This document shows, piece after piece, positions 12,621 through 23,599 of a stretch of DNA of 64,000 nucleotides. The DNA is from Octopus sinensis (lineage: Eukaryota), in NCBI RefSeq assembly GCF_006345805.1, contig NW_021835991.1:1-64000 (forward strand). The letters are read 5' to 3'. The translations under genes were made by a program, and so were the position numbers. Position 1 is the first letter of the stretch; every line of letters starts with the position of its first letter. The notes below the pieces were generated by a model. It was not told the DNA's origin, searched no databases, and saw only the letters and a list, made by a program, of their open reading frames with translations.

Positions 12621-15099
12621 ATGTTTTTTTCCCGTTTATTAGAGAGTTTATTTCGTGGCTGTAACCTGGACAGAACATTTTTATTAAGAAAAATTAGATA
12701 ATTGACTCCTGCATCAGTCAAGCAAATGACCTTCTAAAAAATGACAATAGCTTGAACTGGAGTACACATTGAGAATTAAGGAAGAGATTATTCCAACAAT
12801 TTCCTAGAAGTATCAGGAACAGGCCATTTTCGTGTAATTAAGTACACAAATGCTCGGAAAATCAGGCCTAAGACAACCAGTATATAATTTCAATAAATTA
12901 TATCAAAGCTACTCATTACCAAAAATAAAACTACGAATGCAAAACCGTAGTCGAAAATAAAGTCAGTAAATTAAGAATTATCATTTTAAAGTTTTCGAAA
13001 GTTTACATTGTCCATTTATTCTGCTGAGTAATATTTTTTACACCAAATATTGAACAAGCTAAAAACATTTATGGCAACCACGTATGAAAGAAGGACAGAA
13101 TATTTGAGGCAAAAAGGTTGTAGGAATATGTAAGACTTTTGACATCATAGAAAAATCCACGTACGTGGGTTTTAATAGTAATTTTTATGTAATCCTTATG
13201 AAAGTACTAAAATGATAATATTAATGGAAGTACCGAATAAACATAATATAGCAGGATAATGACCAAAATAGAATAAATTCCCTTTAAATTTAATTTATTT
13301 TTATTCAAGAATTTTTTAAAAATAAGGTCAAATATAAAAATTTAACATAATTTATGTCCAGTTCAACAGAGTTACTTTTTCCATGCAAAGTATTTTTTTA
13401 TCTGTCTTACGTTGATCAGGATTCAAATGAAACAGACTCGTCAGTTTACATGAATGTGGGGGAAGCTCTTCTTCCCACCAAAGTCATCCAAAAAGTGGGC
13501 CAGAACGAACTCCCGATTAGTCGAAAAAAACGGAAAAATTAAATGTAGAATTTCCGGTTTAATAAAAAAAACGTGTTATTTCCGATTTTTTGACATCTCT
13601 GCTCTTACTGAATTGGATACAATTATTTATTTTCATCATTTTATATATTTACTTAGTTCTGTTGTGTTTGCACTGATCTGGTACATTCTGTTTTTATACA
13701 GTGAAACGGAATGTGTTCATAATTTAAACACTTTTTTAGGAGCAATGGTTTTTTCAATGGCAACACAATCCACTGTCGTATTTTATAGGGATGGCAAAAA
13801 TATTCCCCCAAAAGCAAGGTTTTCCCCAAAAAAAGAGGGTTTCCCCGCTACTTGGTTTTCCCCAATTCGAGGTCGCACTGTATAACTATTAAAATTTTAA
13901 ATGAAAATAAAAAAACCTGAAAATTGACGGGAATTAAAATTCCAAAAGTGCACAAAAATTCATTAAGAAATAAAATATTATTCAAAAATTGAGATTTCAA
14001 TGTGTATAAAAAATTAACAAAAAATCTTAAAAATTATAGCTATTCACCTTTATATGTTTAGTCGAGACTAATACATTTGCCCATATTCTACTCTATTGTC
14101 TTTTCAAAACAATGTTATATAACATCTAATTTTCTGGAAATTTCCACTGAAAAACACTTTCAACTGTAAAAATACGTATTAAATATTCACAGAATTCCGA
14201 AACTTATTTTTACTGAAGAAAAATCATTAAATGAGGATGTTAATAATTGGTTAAGAAATAAATCTAACATTGACCATATTTTTAGAAAAGTCACTGCATT
14301 GCCAATAAATATGAATTCAAAAATTGAAACAATTTAGATCAGGGATTCTCAACATGACCCAGCTGGCCGGATGCAGGCCTCCATGATTTTTGTGCGGGCC
14401 GCTTAAAATTATAAAAGAGATACATGTTTTACATAATGCAGGCGGATTTTAACTGTTTCTTCTTTCTGTCTGTTTGTACAATAAACTTTTGATGTAACAA
14501 AATTTTTACATATTTTAATTATTGTTTTTGAATTAAATATTTTTTTATATTAAATTTTAATTGTTATTGCTTGTGATGTCTGGAAAACGTGTTAAAAGAA
14601 GTTATTATTAATAAAACATCAAGACCACGGTAAAACCGATCAAAAGTCACTCAACTACGAACCTCATCCTCGCTTGATGATTTTGGGGACCGACCTCCAT
14701 ATGAGGTAGAAATCAGGTCGATTGGATCCACACACGTGAAGAACTCGAGTATTGAATTCTGATTTTCATTTTATGTCTAAAATCTTGAGACGATGAATAA
14801 CGATTTCTTAGTTTGAGATCCTAGGGAGGGTTTAGAGGAGATCGAACAAGTTAATATAGTCGACAATCACGGATGACGATATTCCTAAAAAAATCAGGTC
14901 TATCGGTTTCACTTACCTGCAGAACTCCTATATAGATTTTCTGATTTTTATAGTTAGTCTAAAATCTTGAGACGATTTTTTCTTACTAGAAAGTCGTTCC
15001 CTACATACTATGTGCGCGGTCCACATAAGATCGTACCGGGCGGCTTGCCACTTTCGCTGCGGCAGTTGCATTTCAGGGTTACCCCTAAATTGTTTCAAT

Positions 15100-15860
15100 T
15101 TTTGAATTCATATTTATTGGCAATACAGTGACTTCTAAAAATATCGTCAATATTAGATTTATTTCTAAACCAATTATTAACATTCGCATTTAATGATTTT
15201 CTCTTCAGTAAAAAAGGGAATGGACATATTGTTAACTTCAAGTCGATCGTCTTTCTTCTCAATATTTATCGGATGTGAAAAGGGACGTATAGCTATGCGT
15301 CGAGCCGATCCAAGTTTGAAGTTTTTCAAAGACCTTTTAAATGTCCTGATCCCATAAGGCCAATACGATTTCACCCCCATATGAAAGGACAACATCATTA
15401 TCGTCGAGGGAGGTCACATGATCACATTACTAATGATAACATTACCAATGAAAAAATCTCCATTATAAAAAACCCTTCCGAAAACAAATGATGTGCGGTG
15501 AGCGACGGTAGGAGGCTGACAAATGGAAACTGGGCGAACCAGATATTCCCCACCTCTCTTTGGATCCGGAAAGCTGTATTGAAGATTTGGAGGCTAATGA
15601 TGATTGGTACAGACAGTTCCTTCTTCCTTGATTTTTTCATTCGATTAGTTAGCTATGACTGTTTGTGCTGGGTTTGCTAAGCAAGCTTGTGAGTTAATAA
15701 ATAAATTGTCGAGGAAGGGCGGGAGATCTTCAGGAAAAGGTTGAAAAGGGTCGGGATAAGGGGGATTCTTTTGGTACTCCGTTTGGCAGGAATCGAGACG
15801 TGGACTTCCGTCCTCCGAGTCAAAGGCTTTGTCGATGTTTACATAGGCAAACACGGTCTT
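15100..15860 (-). mobile_element. Degenerate family-B RT remnant
   Basis: IDKAFDS followed, in a shifted frame, by RFLPNGVPKESPLS. Confidence 0.6.
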
Positions 15861-16169
15861 TTGGTGATTTGAATGAAATATTTTTTGTATTAAATTTCAA
15901 TTAATATTGCTTGTGATGTCTTGAAAATGTGTTAAAAGAAGTAGAAAAATTATTCAATAAAATCTTGTTTTTTACTCTGAATGGAGGAAAATTTTTTTCA
16001 ATTCACAATTAAAATATCCGAACTTGGTTGATAATGCTCAAAAAATGCATTAGTCAAAGTATTCATGTGAACCTCTTTTCAGTAAACTTACGGGAATAAA
16101 AAGTAAGTATTGAAATCAATTGACTGGTGAACATTTAATTCAACGTACATCGTATTCGAACTCACTCTT

Positions 16170-16325
16170 AACAACAACAAGCCCTGCCGCAAGATGAAAA
16201 CGAAATGTTGACATCTCGCTTGGGCCAGCCACATAAGATCAAGACAGAAAGAGAACATGTTATTAGGAAACTAACTAATCCAAAAGAAGACAATCCAAAC
16301 GAAGACATGTGTCTCTGCTCCATCT
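16170..16325 (-). mobile_element. Short retroposed element (LINE 3' end or SINE) with (TTG)n tail, copy 1
   Basis: About 155 bp closely similar to the reverse complement of 56660-56814; near-perfect TSD GAAC(T)TCACTCTT at 16158-16169 and 16326-16338. Confidence 0.7.
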
Positions 16326-18033
16326 GAACTTCACTCTTCGCTTTGATAAAATATTAGACGCCAAACAAAATCAAGTCTCACATTGATTCTCTTATTACGT
16401 AATAAAGCCTTTTTTCTTTAATAAATAAAATCTTTTTTGTGCGGCCCGGAAATATACTCTTTCTTGTCAATTTGACCCTTAAGCAATTTGGCCCTTATAT
16501 ATTAAAACCAAAACAATAAATGGGTTAAAGAGAAATTGATAATTAGAAAACTCGAACTTTTAGAGTGTTTGTTCTCAACATTTGATGCTTTTGTGATCCG
16601 GATGACTAAATTGATTAAAATATTCTTACTCATCTGGTTTGAAGACAGATTTTTTCGATTCTTCACGGACCTAAAATCACAGTAGCTAGATAAGCATGAT
16701 TTTGTGTTCTGGATGTTCATTTTCATGATTTTTGGAGTTCGGTTTTTTTGGTTCAATTTTTTGATTATTTTGTTTGTACAAATAAAGTTTATAGTCGACA
16801 CTTTTATCATTAAAATCAGTTAGGACAATTCGGATATTCTTTCTTGTGACGTTTTCACTAATAAAGTGTTATCAAAACATCAAATATATTTTATACGTTC
16901 AATAATTCATTTTGTCTCAATAAGTATCACAAACTGAAAACGTTATGAGCAATTCTGATTGAAAGGACGTATCTTTTCCATAAAAATTTTGCTAAAATAA
17001 ATTGATAAATTAAATGTAAATTATCATATGTTAAAAAGAGTCATTCAGTGTAATAAATGGTCTTTACATATGGAATGCGACTTAATTGTTATTATTTGTT
17101 TCAATTAAAATCTTCATGGTGTCTCCGATAGAGTAAAAATACACTTAATGCAGAAAAAACTGACTACGTATAAATAATGCAATCTGTTATACAGTGCTGG
17201 TAGAAAAAAACCGGTTTTCTTTAGTTACTAACTTTTTTTGACGGATAGCATTCAATTTTCCGACTGAATTGAACTCTTTGGAGTTGATTAGATTTATAAT
17301 TTTTTTTATTTATAAAAAGTTTCATTAATCGTTTAAAATTTTGAAGATTTAAATTTTTGCGTGTGAATAAAAAACCGGTTTGCTTTATTGAGTGATATTT
17401 TAGTTATTGAATTTTGAGTTTTATAAGCAAATGTTAAATGCAAAAATTAAAGAAAAGATCCAAAAAATATGGGACTGGTGATAGGATTCCTGGTTCGGAC
17501 GTCTTAAAAAGCTTCAGAAAACAGACATTGAAATTCTATTACATCTTATAGAGTGCGATCCAAAAAAATCTTCTAACACGTTGAGGAATGAAATAAAACA
17601 TTTAACTAGTAAGAGTGTCTGTAGAAAGATAATTGGAACTTACATGCCTGACAAAAAAATTGGATTTGTAATAAATCGACTTTTTTTTAAAATAAATTAT
17701 AATTTAATCATTCTTGGTAAAATTAGAATTATTTTTTTAATTTTTAAAATTATTTTTGGCTTTTAGAATTTAATTTTAAAGCAGAATTTAAAATTTGCCG
17801 GACAAAAAAAATTGGATTTTTGTTGTTTTTGATCTGATCTCGTATAAATGAAGCGTAATTCAAAAATCCATTTATCTGATTTTACAAAAGAAGTAATGAT
17901 TGGATATTACTCTTCTTGAAAAACAATTGAAGAGATATCTAAAATACTGAAAATTCTCAGATCAACCGTGGGATTTGTGACAAGAAAATTTTCCAAAGAA
18001 GGGACCACTACGCGAAAAATTGGATCTGGACGT

Positions 18034-18737
18034 GGAGGTACATCAACTTATTAAACTGACGAATGGTTAAACTGACGGTTAACCGACTTGATTTGTTAAT
18101 ACAATTAATTTTATTATAAAATATTATAAGAGAAATATTTATACTGATGACTACAAACGGAATCAGTAATACCATAAATATATGAACTATTCCCATATAA
18201 TATTTCTCAATTTTTTCAAATCCCTCAATTTTCGTAGAAATACACAAATAGCCGCCAATAGGCATTTTAAATGAGTGATAAAAAATCACTTATGGCACAC
18301 ATAGCATAAGCGACACCACAAGAACACACCCAAGTATAATTCTGGAGATTTTCGGGTTGCAATATTTATTTCGTTTTAATGGATGTTTCAAAGATATATA
18401 TAATTCACAAGTAAAGCACAAAATGAGCATTGGAGAGGCAAATTGAGCAAAGTAATCCGCCCACATTTATTTTGCAAGCTACATTACTGGAGTCCAGAAT
18501 ATTGTGTTTCAACACGACTTTAGCTCGGAGGAGACAATTTGAGATTAAAAATAAAAGCTCGACAAATCCGAGGGTGATCATAAAAAGGCCAGAAGATGAC
18601 TTTCTTAAATGTGTATTCCAAAATGTAATTATTAGACATAAATTGCCTGGGAGGCCGATTATTGACCAAAAAATGAGGAAGAACCTTTCAACTTGGATTG
18701 TGTATTCTGGATGTAAGTTGAACGAAGGGAAACTCAT
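18034..18737 (-). pseudogene. Class A (rhodopsin-like) GPCR pseudogene, TM1-TM5, truncated
   Basis: IIGLPGNLCLII (TM1), SSGLFMITLGFVELLFL (TM2), CK (TM3 Cys), CELYISLKHPL (ERY-like), TM5 LLIPFVVI. One frameshift near 18415 and one in-frame TAA near 18290. Confidence 0.8.
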
Positions 18738-18824
18738 TTAGAATGCATTAAATTAATCTGCTTAAATATTATTTTTTATATTAAATATTACAAATATCCG
18801 TCAACGTCATTATTCCTTTAAATA

Positions 18825-19430
18825 TGTCGCGAGCGCTGAGAGCGATCTATCAATGATTGTCAAAGATAAAAATAATCTATTACATCAAAGTTAGCTAAGG
18901 TTAGTTAGTTATGTTACCCCGGCTTCACTAACATGTAGGAAGCCGGCTGCAATCAGGTAGCGAGACGCGAAGATCGGGCGCTCCCAGAGATCCAGAATCC
19001 CAATAGGCGGAGACAAGTGAGGCGGTCCAGGGAAGGGGAAGAGGTCTTCAGGGGTGAAGGAACGGTATGTTTCGAAAGTTAGCTAAGGTCAATTATTGAC
19101 AATTAATACATGATAATTAACCATTATTTAAGTCGTCTTGAATTTTTTTAGTCGCCTTTAATGAACTTTCTTAATAGACCCATCACTATTTGTGACTTTG
19201 ACAAAATTGTTAGACAATTTTGTTAGACTCTCTGATTGTACAAAACACAGCTTTTTGAATGTGTTTTATCCACTCTTTTTTATCATCCGAACCCATCAAT
19301 TTTGATAAACTCCTTGTGATTGTCTGATTAAATCTTTCAACTATCCACTGACTCTGTGGATTGTTGGGTCGTCTATGAATTTGAACAATTTTGTACTCTT
19401 GACAGACTTTTCTTATATGGTCATTCTTTA
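18825..19430 (-). mobile_element. Ginger-like element end and integrase fragment
   Basis: TGTCGCGA terminus at 18825; rve C-terminal half [20 protein letters not shown] at about 19210-19430. Confidence 0.65.
18902..19074 (-). mobile_element. 173-bp retroposed 3' fragment with (TAAC)n tail and stem-loop
   Basis: 15-bp TSD AAAGTTAGCTAAGGT (18887-18901, 19075-19089); hairpin CCGGCTTC-N12-GAAGCCGG next to the tail. Confidence 0.7.
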
Positions 19431-19830
19431 GATGAAATCTGGGCCGCCGACTCGTCTTCGAAGATGAAACCAGAGCTAGACCAACACCGGCTAGCGTGCC
19501 TAATCTCGGCCGCACATCCTCACAGCGGTGCATGGCTCGGCGCCTACCCATCTACATCAACAGGAACCTTTTTGGATGACGACTGCCTGAGGATCGGGAT
19601 CTCCCTTCGGCTTGGCCTCAACATATGCAGCATCCACCGATGCCGATGTGGAGTCAAAGTCGACGCTAAAGGGCTCCACCCTCTTTCGTGTCGCAGGAGT
19701 GCTGGTCGATATCCCCGCCACGCCTCGTTAAATGACGTCGTGTTTAGAGCCCTCAAGGCTGCAGGCTTTCCGTCACAACTTGAGCCTGTCGGATTGGACC
19801 GTAGTGACGGCAAACGCCCAGACGGATTAA
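19430..19830 (+). mobile_element. CRE-like non-LTR fragment (zinc knuckle plus start of RLE nuclease)
   Basis: [33 protein letters not shown] in ORF 19356-19853. Confidence 0.8.
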
Positions 19831-19866
19831 TAAATAGCGCACAACGAATTTAATTTTACTTGTGGT

Positions 19867-21375
19867 ATGTACATTAAGTCAATTGTAATTGACGGCTTCA
19901 AGTCATATCCACGTCGTACCGAGATAAAAGACTTTGACAGCCAATTCAATGCTATAACCGGCCTCAACGGTAGTGGAAAGTCGAACATTCTCGATTCCAT
20001 TTGTTTTCTACTCGGAATCACCATTCTCTCCCAAGTACGAGTCAACAACATGCACGAACTCGTCTACAAGTCCGGCCACGCTGGAATAAACAAGGCCTCT
20101 GTTTGTGTAACATTCGACAACAACAACAAAAAGGACAGTCCAGCAGGCTACGAGAAGTACGACGACATTGTAGACGACGTTAATAAAGTTAATAAAGTTT
20201 TACGTGTTTTTTTCGAATTTTTAGGTCATAGAAGCAGATATTGGACCACTTTTGACTAAATTGGACGCGGAAAGGTCGTTTTATTCGGAATATCAGCAAA
20301 TTTCGAGAGAGATTGACAGCTTTAGAATGATCAGTGTGGCCCTCATGTATTCCTCTGCACAGGTATTTACAGGTCTTTCATATTTAGAACGAAGTGGAAG
20401 AATATAAAGAAAAGATATCAGAAATTGAAACAAAGTTGAGTGAGAATAAACGCCGGTTGGGTGAGATTGAGCAGGAATGTGGTCAAATTGAGAGAGAAAT
20501 TACAAGAAAAAGCGCGGGAAATGATAATGTTGGTTTTTTTGCTGGCAATTTTAGGACGAAATTGACAATCGAGTAGCGAAACTGCAAGCAGAACTGGACG
20601 AGAAAATGTTAGTGCAAACTAAACTATGGCTCAACAAAACGCCAAGAAAGAGCAGGTTATATCCGAGGAAAACAAACTAAAAAAACTGATCAGACAGAAA
20701 GACGATGTTATTACGTAATCAATATGTTTAGGAGACAAAATCGTTAGCAGAACGAAGGTTGATTCAGATAGATCAAGAGAAGAAGACTGCCAGTCTGCAA
20801 GAGGAGACTGATTTGGAGGCTAAGCGACTATTGGAATCAGAGTCCTACTATAATGCACTGTCCACTGGTATTTCCGTTTCCTTGGATGGAAAGAGGAACA
20901 CTCTCCAGCAGCAGTTGATTGGTAGTGGGTGATAGTAATGGGTAGACGCAAAGCATGGGGTGTCAGTGTTGGAGACTCAGATTAGACAGACAGAGCTGGA
21001 GTATTGTGGGAGTGATGATTGGTAGGTCAATCCACATTCGGTCCCGGTTGAAGAAGAGTAGTGAAGACATGAAGAGCACGGAGGATGACTCGACTCCGAC
21101 TGAAAGGGAGATTGACAAGAAGAATGTCCAATTGGAGCAAATGAGGGATGAAATAGTCCAAATTGACCAAAAACTGAACATTTATGACAAAAATGAAATC
21201 AATTTTAAAAAACAAGACTGAAGAGTGAGATAACTTCACTACAACATAACGTGGACAGTTTACAGTTGTGTTGAGTACATATATCGTAGGACAAGACAAT
21301 TTAGCTTCCAAAACACGGAAGTCTGCGGTCTCGGGTGACCTTTATTCCCCTGAATCGAATCGTCCCCAACAAAAT
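19867..21375 (+). pseudogene. SMC2: SMC2 (condensin) 5' fragment with 7 retained introns, two internal deletions and frameshifts
   Basis: [14 protein letters not shown], Walker [13 protein letters not shown], coiled coil, hinge-like GSLRSRVTFIPLNRI. Introns 20197-20224, 20363-20387, 20529-20554, 20707-20731, 20922-20945, 21001-21025, 21265-21289. No C-terminal half. Confidence 0.85.
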
Positions 21376-22094
21376 ATCTGACTAAGTATTAGAAAATGCA
21401 CAGAGACTAGTAAATGGACTGATTAAATAATAAAAAGATATGAATTGTCAAAAATTTTTATTCGGATGAACAATGACGCATGGAAAACTATTATTTTCTC
21501 TGATAAAGCATCTTTTCAGATTTTTCATACTAAAAAAAGGCAATACTATTATCAAAAAAATGTTCATGTTATGAATTAAGCCATATAACGCCGACAGTAA
21601 AATTTTGTGGAGGTAGTGTTGTGGTTTGGGGCTGTATTTCCTATCAAGGAGTGCACAATTTAGTTTTGTTGATGGAACACTCGATTCCGCTAAATATATA
21701 AATGTAATAACGAATAATTTGTTTGTTTCGGCGCAAAAATGGAACTAAATCAGTTCACTTTCCAACAAGATTTGGCTCCCTGTCATTAATCTGCGTTGAC
21801 AACTAACCAAAAAAAGTTAGTAACTGCAAAACCGGTTTTTTTCTACCAGCACTGTAGTTTTACGTATTTGTATAAATAATTGTAAAATTAACAATATCTA
21901 TTTTTAAAAAAAACACGAAAAATATTTCAAAATTGACTATTTGTTTTTTTATTAGTGATAACGATGGTTTTTAAAAAAAATTCAACAAACTTTATGTCTT
22001 CCATTTTCAAACATATATACTTTTGCTAAACGGGTATGGAAACTTTATATTATTTATAAAGTTCCAGATGCTTATTATTTCGGCCATTTTTAAG

Positions 22095-22255
22095 TTGAGC
22101 GCGCGCTCAACAATATAATTCAAGGCAGCATGTCTGGGTATTCGGCCGGCACAGAGGCGACAAGAGAGGGGGTGCAGCCCTCTCCTGTTAATGACTTTTC
22201 CGCATCTGTACTGATGTGGCTGGCAAATCTCGATCCCAAGGCGTAGACACAAACC
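22095..22255 (-). mobile_element. CRE-like non-LTR fragment
   Basis: [26 protein letters not shown]. Confidence 0.7.
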
Positions 22256-22269
22256 ATTCGTTGTCCAAA

Positions 22270-23376
22270 TTCGTTGTTTCGGCTTTGGTTTGGGATTTTT
22301 TTAGTAGTCTAACCCTCGAAATTTATTATTTATGTTGGCCAAGATGTGTTCTATTATATTTAAATTAGAGCTTTGAGAAGGCAATTCAAGTGTTTTGATA
22401 TTTTTTCGCGTATCCATTCGCAAACAATCTTGGCTGTATGCTTTGTGCCAAAATTTGTTTATAATAGGCAGCATTTATTTTTCATCGATAAAAACGATTC
22501 TACCAACGCCTTTGGACGGTAGCATTATGTTCCCACCACCGTGTTTCACAGTAGGAGAATGTTATTTGATTTATAACGTTCTCCGGGATAATAGCGTACA
22601 TATCGGTGTCCGTCACTCTGATATAAATTAAATTTCCACTCAAAAATTATTGTGTTGAGTTTGGCATTTGACATACCCAAACACTTGTTCGAAAATGAAT
22701 TTCTATTTTCAACGTTCACCCGTCTTAAAAGTGGTTTTTTAATTGAGTTTTCAGTAATAAGACCGCCAGATCGTAACGTATTTGATATATTTTGATACTG
22801 TGATCATTATCAATTTTATGCATAATTTTCCTTAGCGTAATGAAGTGACATTGATGTCATGATATTTAAAAATATCGGTCTTTCAGAGCCTACTCTTCTA
22901 GACAGGGATTTATTATTTTGTATTTTTGAATGTATTTTTTGCACCGCCGATTTCAAAATCTTGTATTTTTTTGCATTAAATCTTTGCGACAGTCAATTTC
23001 TTAAATCTTCGGCAATTAAAATTTTCTCCGCGTCAGATAAGTGCTTAGGCATTAGAATTTATTTATTTAAATAATGATGAAAAATTTGATATTTAAGTGA
23101 TAACTTTTTTAATAGAAATAGATATTCAAAAAATTATCGTTAAGACAGATTTTAGAATAAAATTTTGAGCATAATATGTTTATCAATAAAAATAACAGTT
23201 GTTAGCTTTTGAAATTTTTTGAATGATAATTAAAACCTTAATAATTGCATTATTTTTAAATGGTCACTTTTTCCTGCATTTAGTATATATTGGAATCTAA
23301 AATTAGAAGAATTAGAATTCAAACTCAGGTTTTACGCCTTTTACAACAAAATTCTCGAATATTTTGAACTACACTG
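22270..23376 (-). mobile_element. Decayed Tc1 element
   Basis: PTVKHGGGNIM and PSQSSNLNIIEH motifs; terminal CAGTGTAGTTCAAAA at 23376. Confidence 0.7.
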
Positions 23377-23599
23377 CACTACCAAACCTGCTTGGGTTCA
23401 TAGTACATAACTCACTCCGTAGTAAGTCAACCCGACTTTTTACTTGTAAATGTACCACATTTATAAATCAGTAACAGTTAAATAACCAATTATCTCAGAC
23501 TTGACTGACCTGCCATTGACATCTTAAGTATTACTAGACCTGTATACTACAAAATATACAACAAAAACTGTAAAAATCATAATAAAAACAAAATCATGT

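Larger units (their letters stand above)
14340..16497 (+). mobile_element. Decayed hAT element with nested inserts
   Basis: Left end CAGGGATTCTCAAC with GGCCGG/GCGGGCCGC subterminal motifs; degenerate right subterminal motifs at about 16440-16497; contains a family-B RT remnant (15100-15860, -) and a retroposon (16170-16325). Confidence 0.5.
17192..21854 (+). mobile_element. Tc1/mariner element with internal cargo (Pack-type)
   Basis: About 48-bp TIRs CAGTGCTGGTAGAAAAAAACCGGTTTT...AGTTACTAACTTTTTTTG; TA on both sides (17190-91, 21855-56). Transposase N-terminus 17848-18033 (..RKIGSGR) and catalytic part about 21380-21790 (WKTIIFSD, VKFCGGSVVVWGCIS, FQQDLAPCH). Confidence 0.88.
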
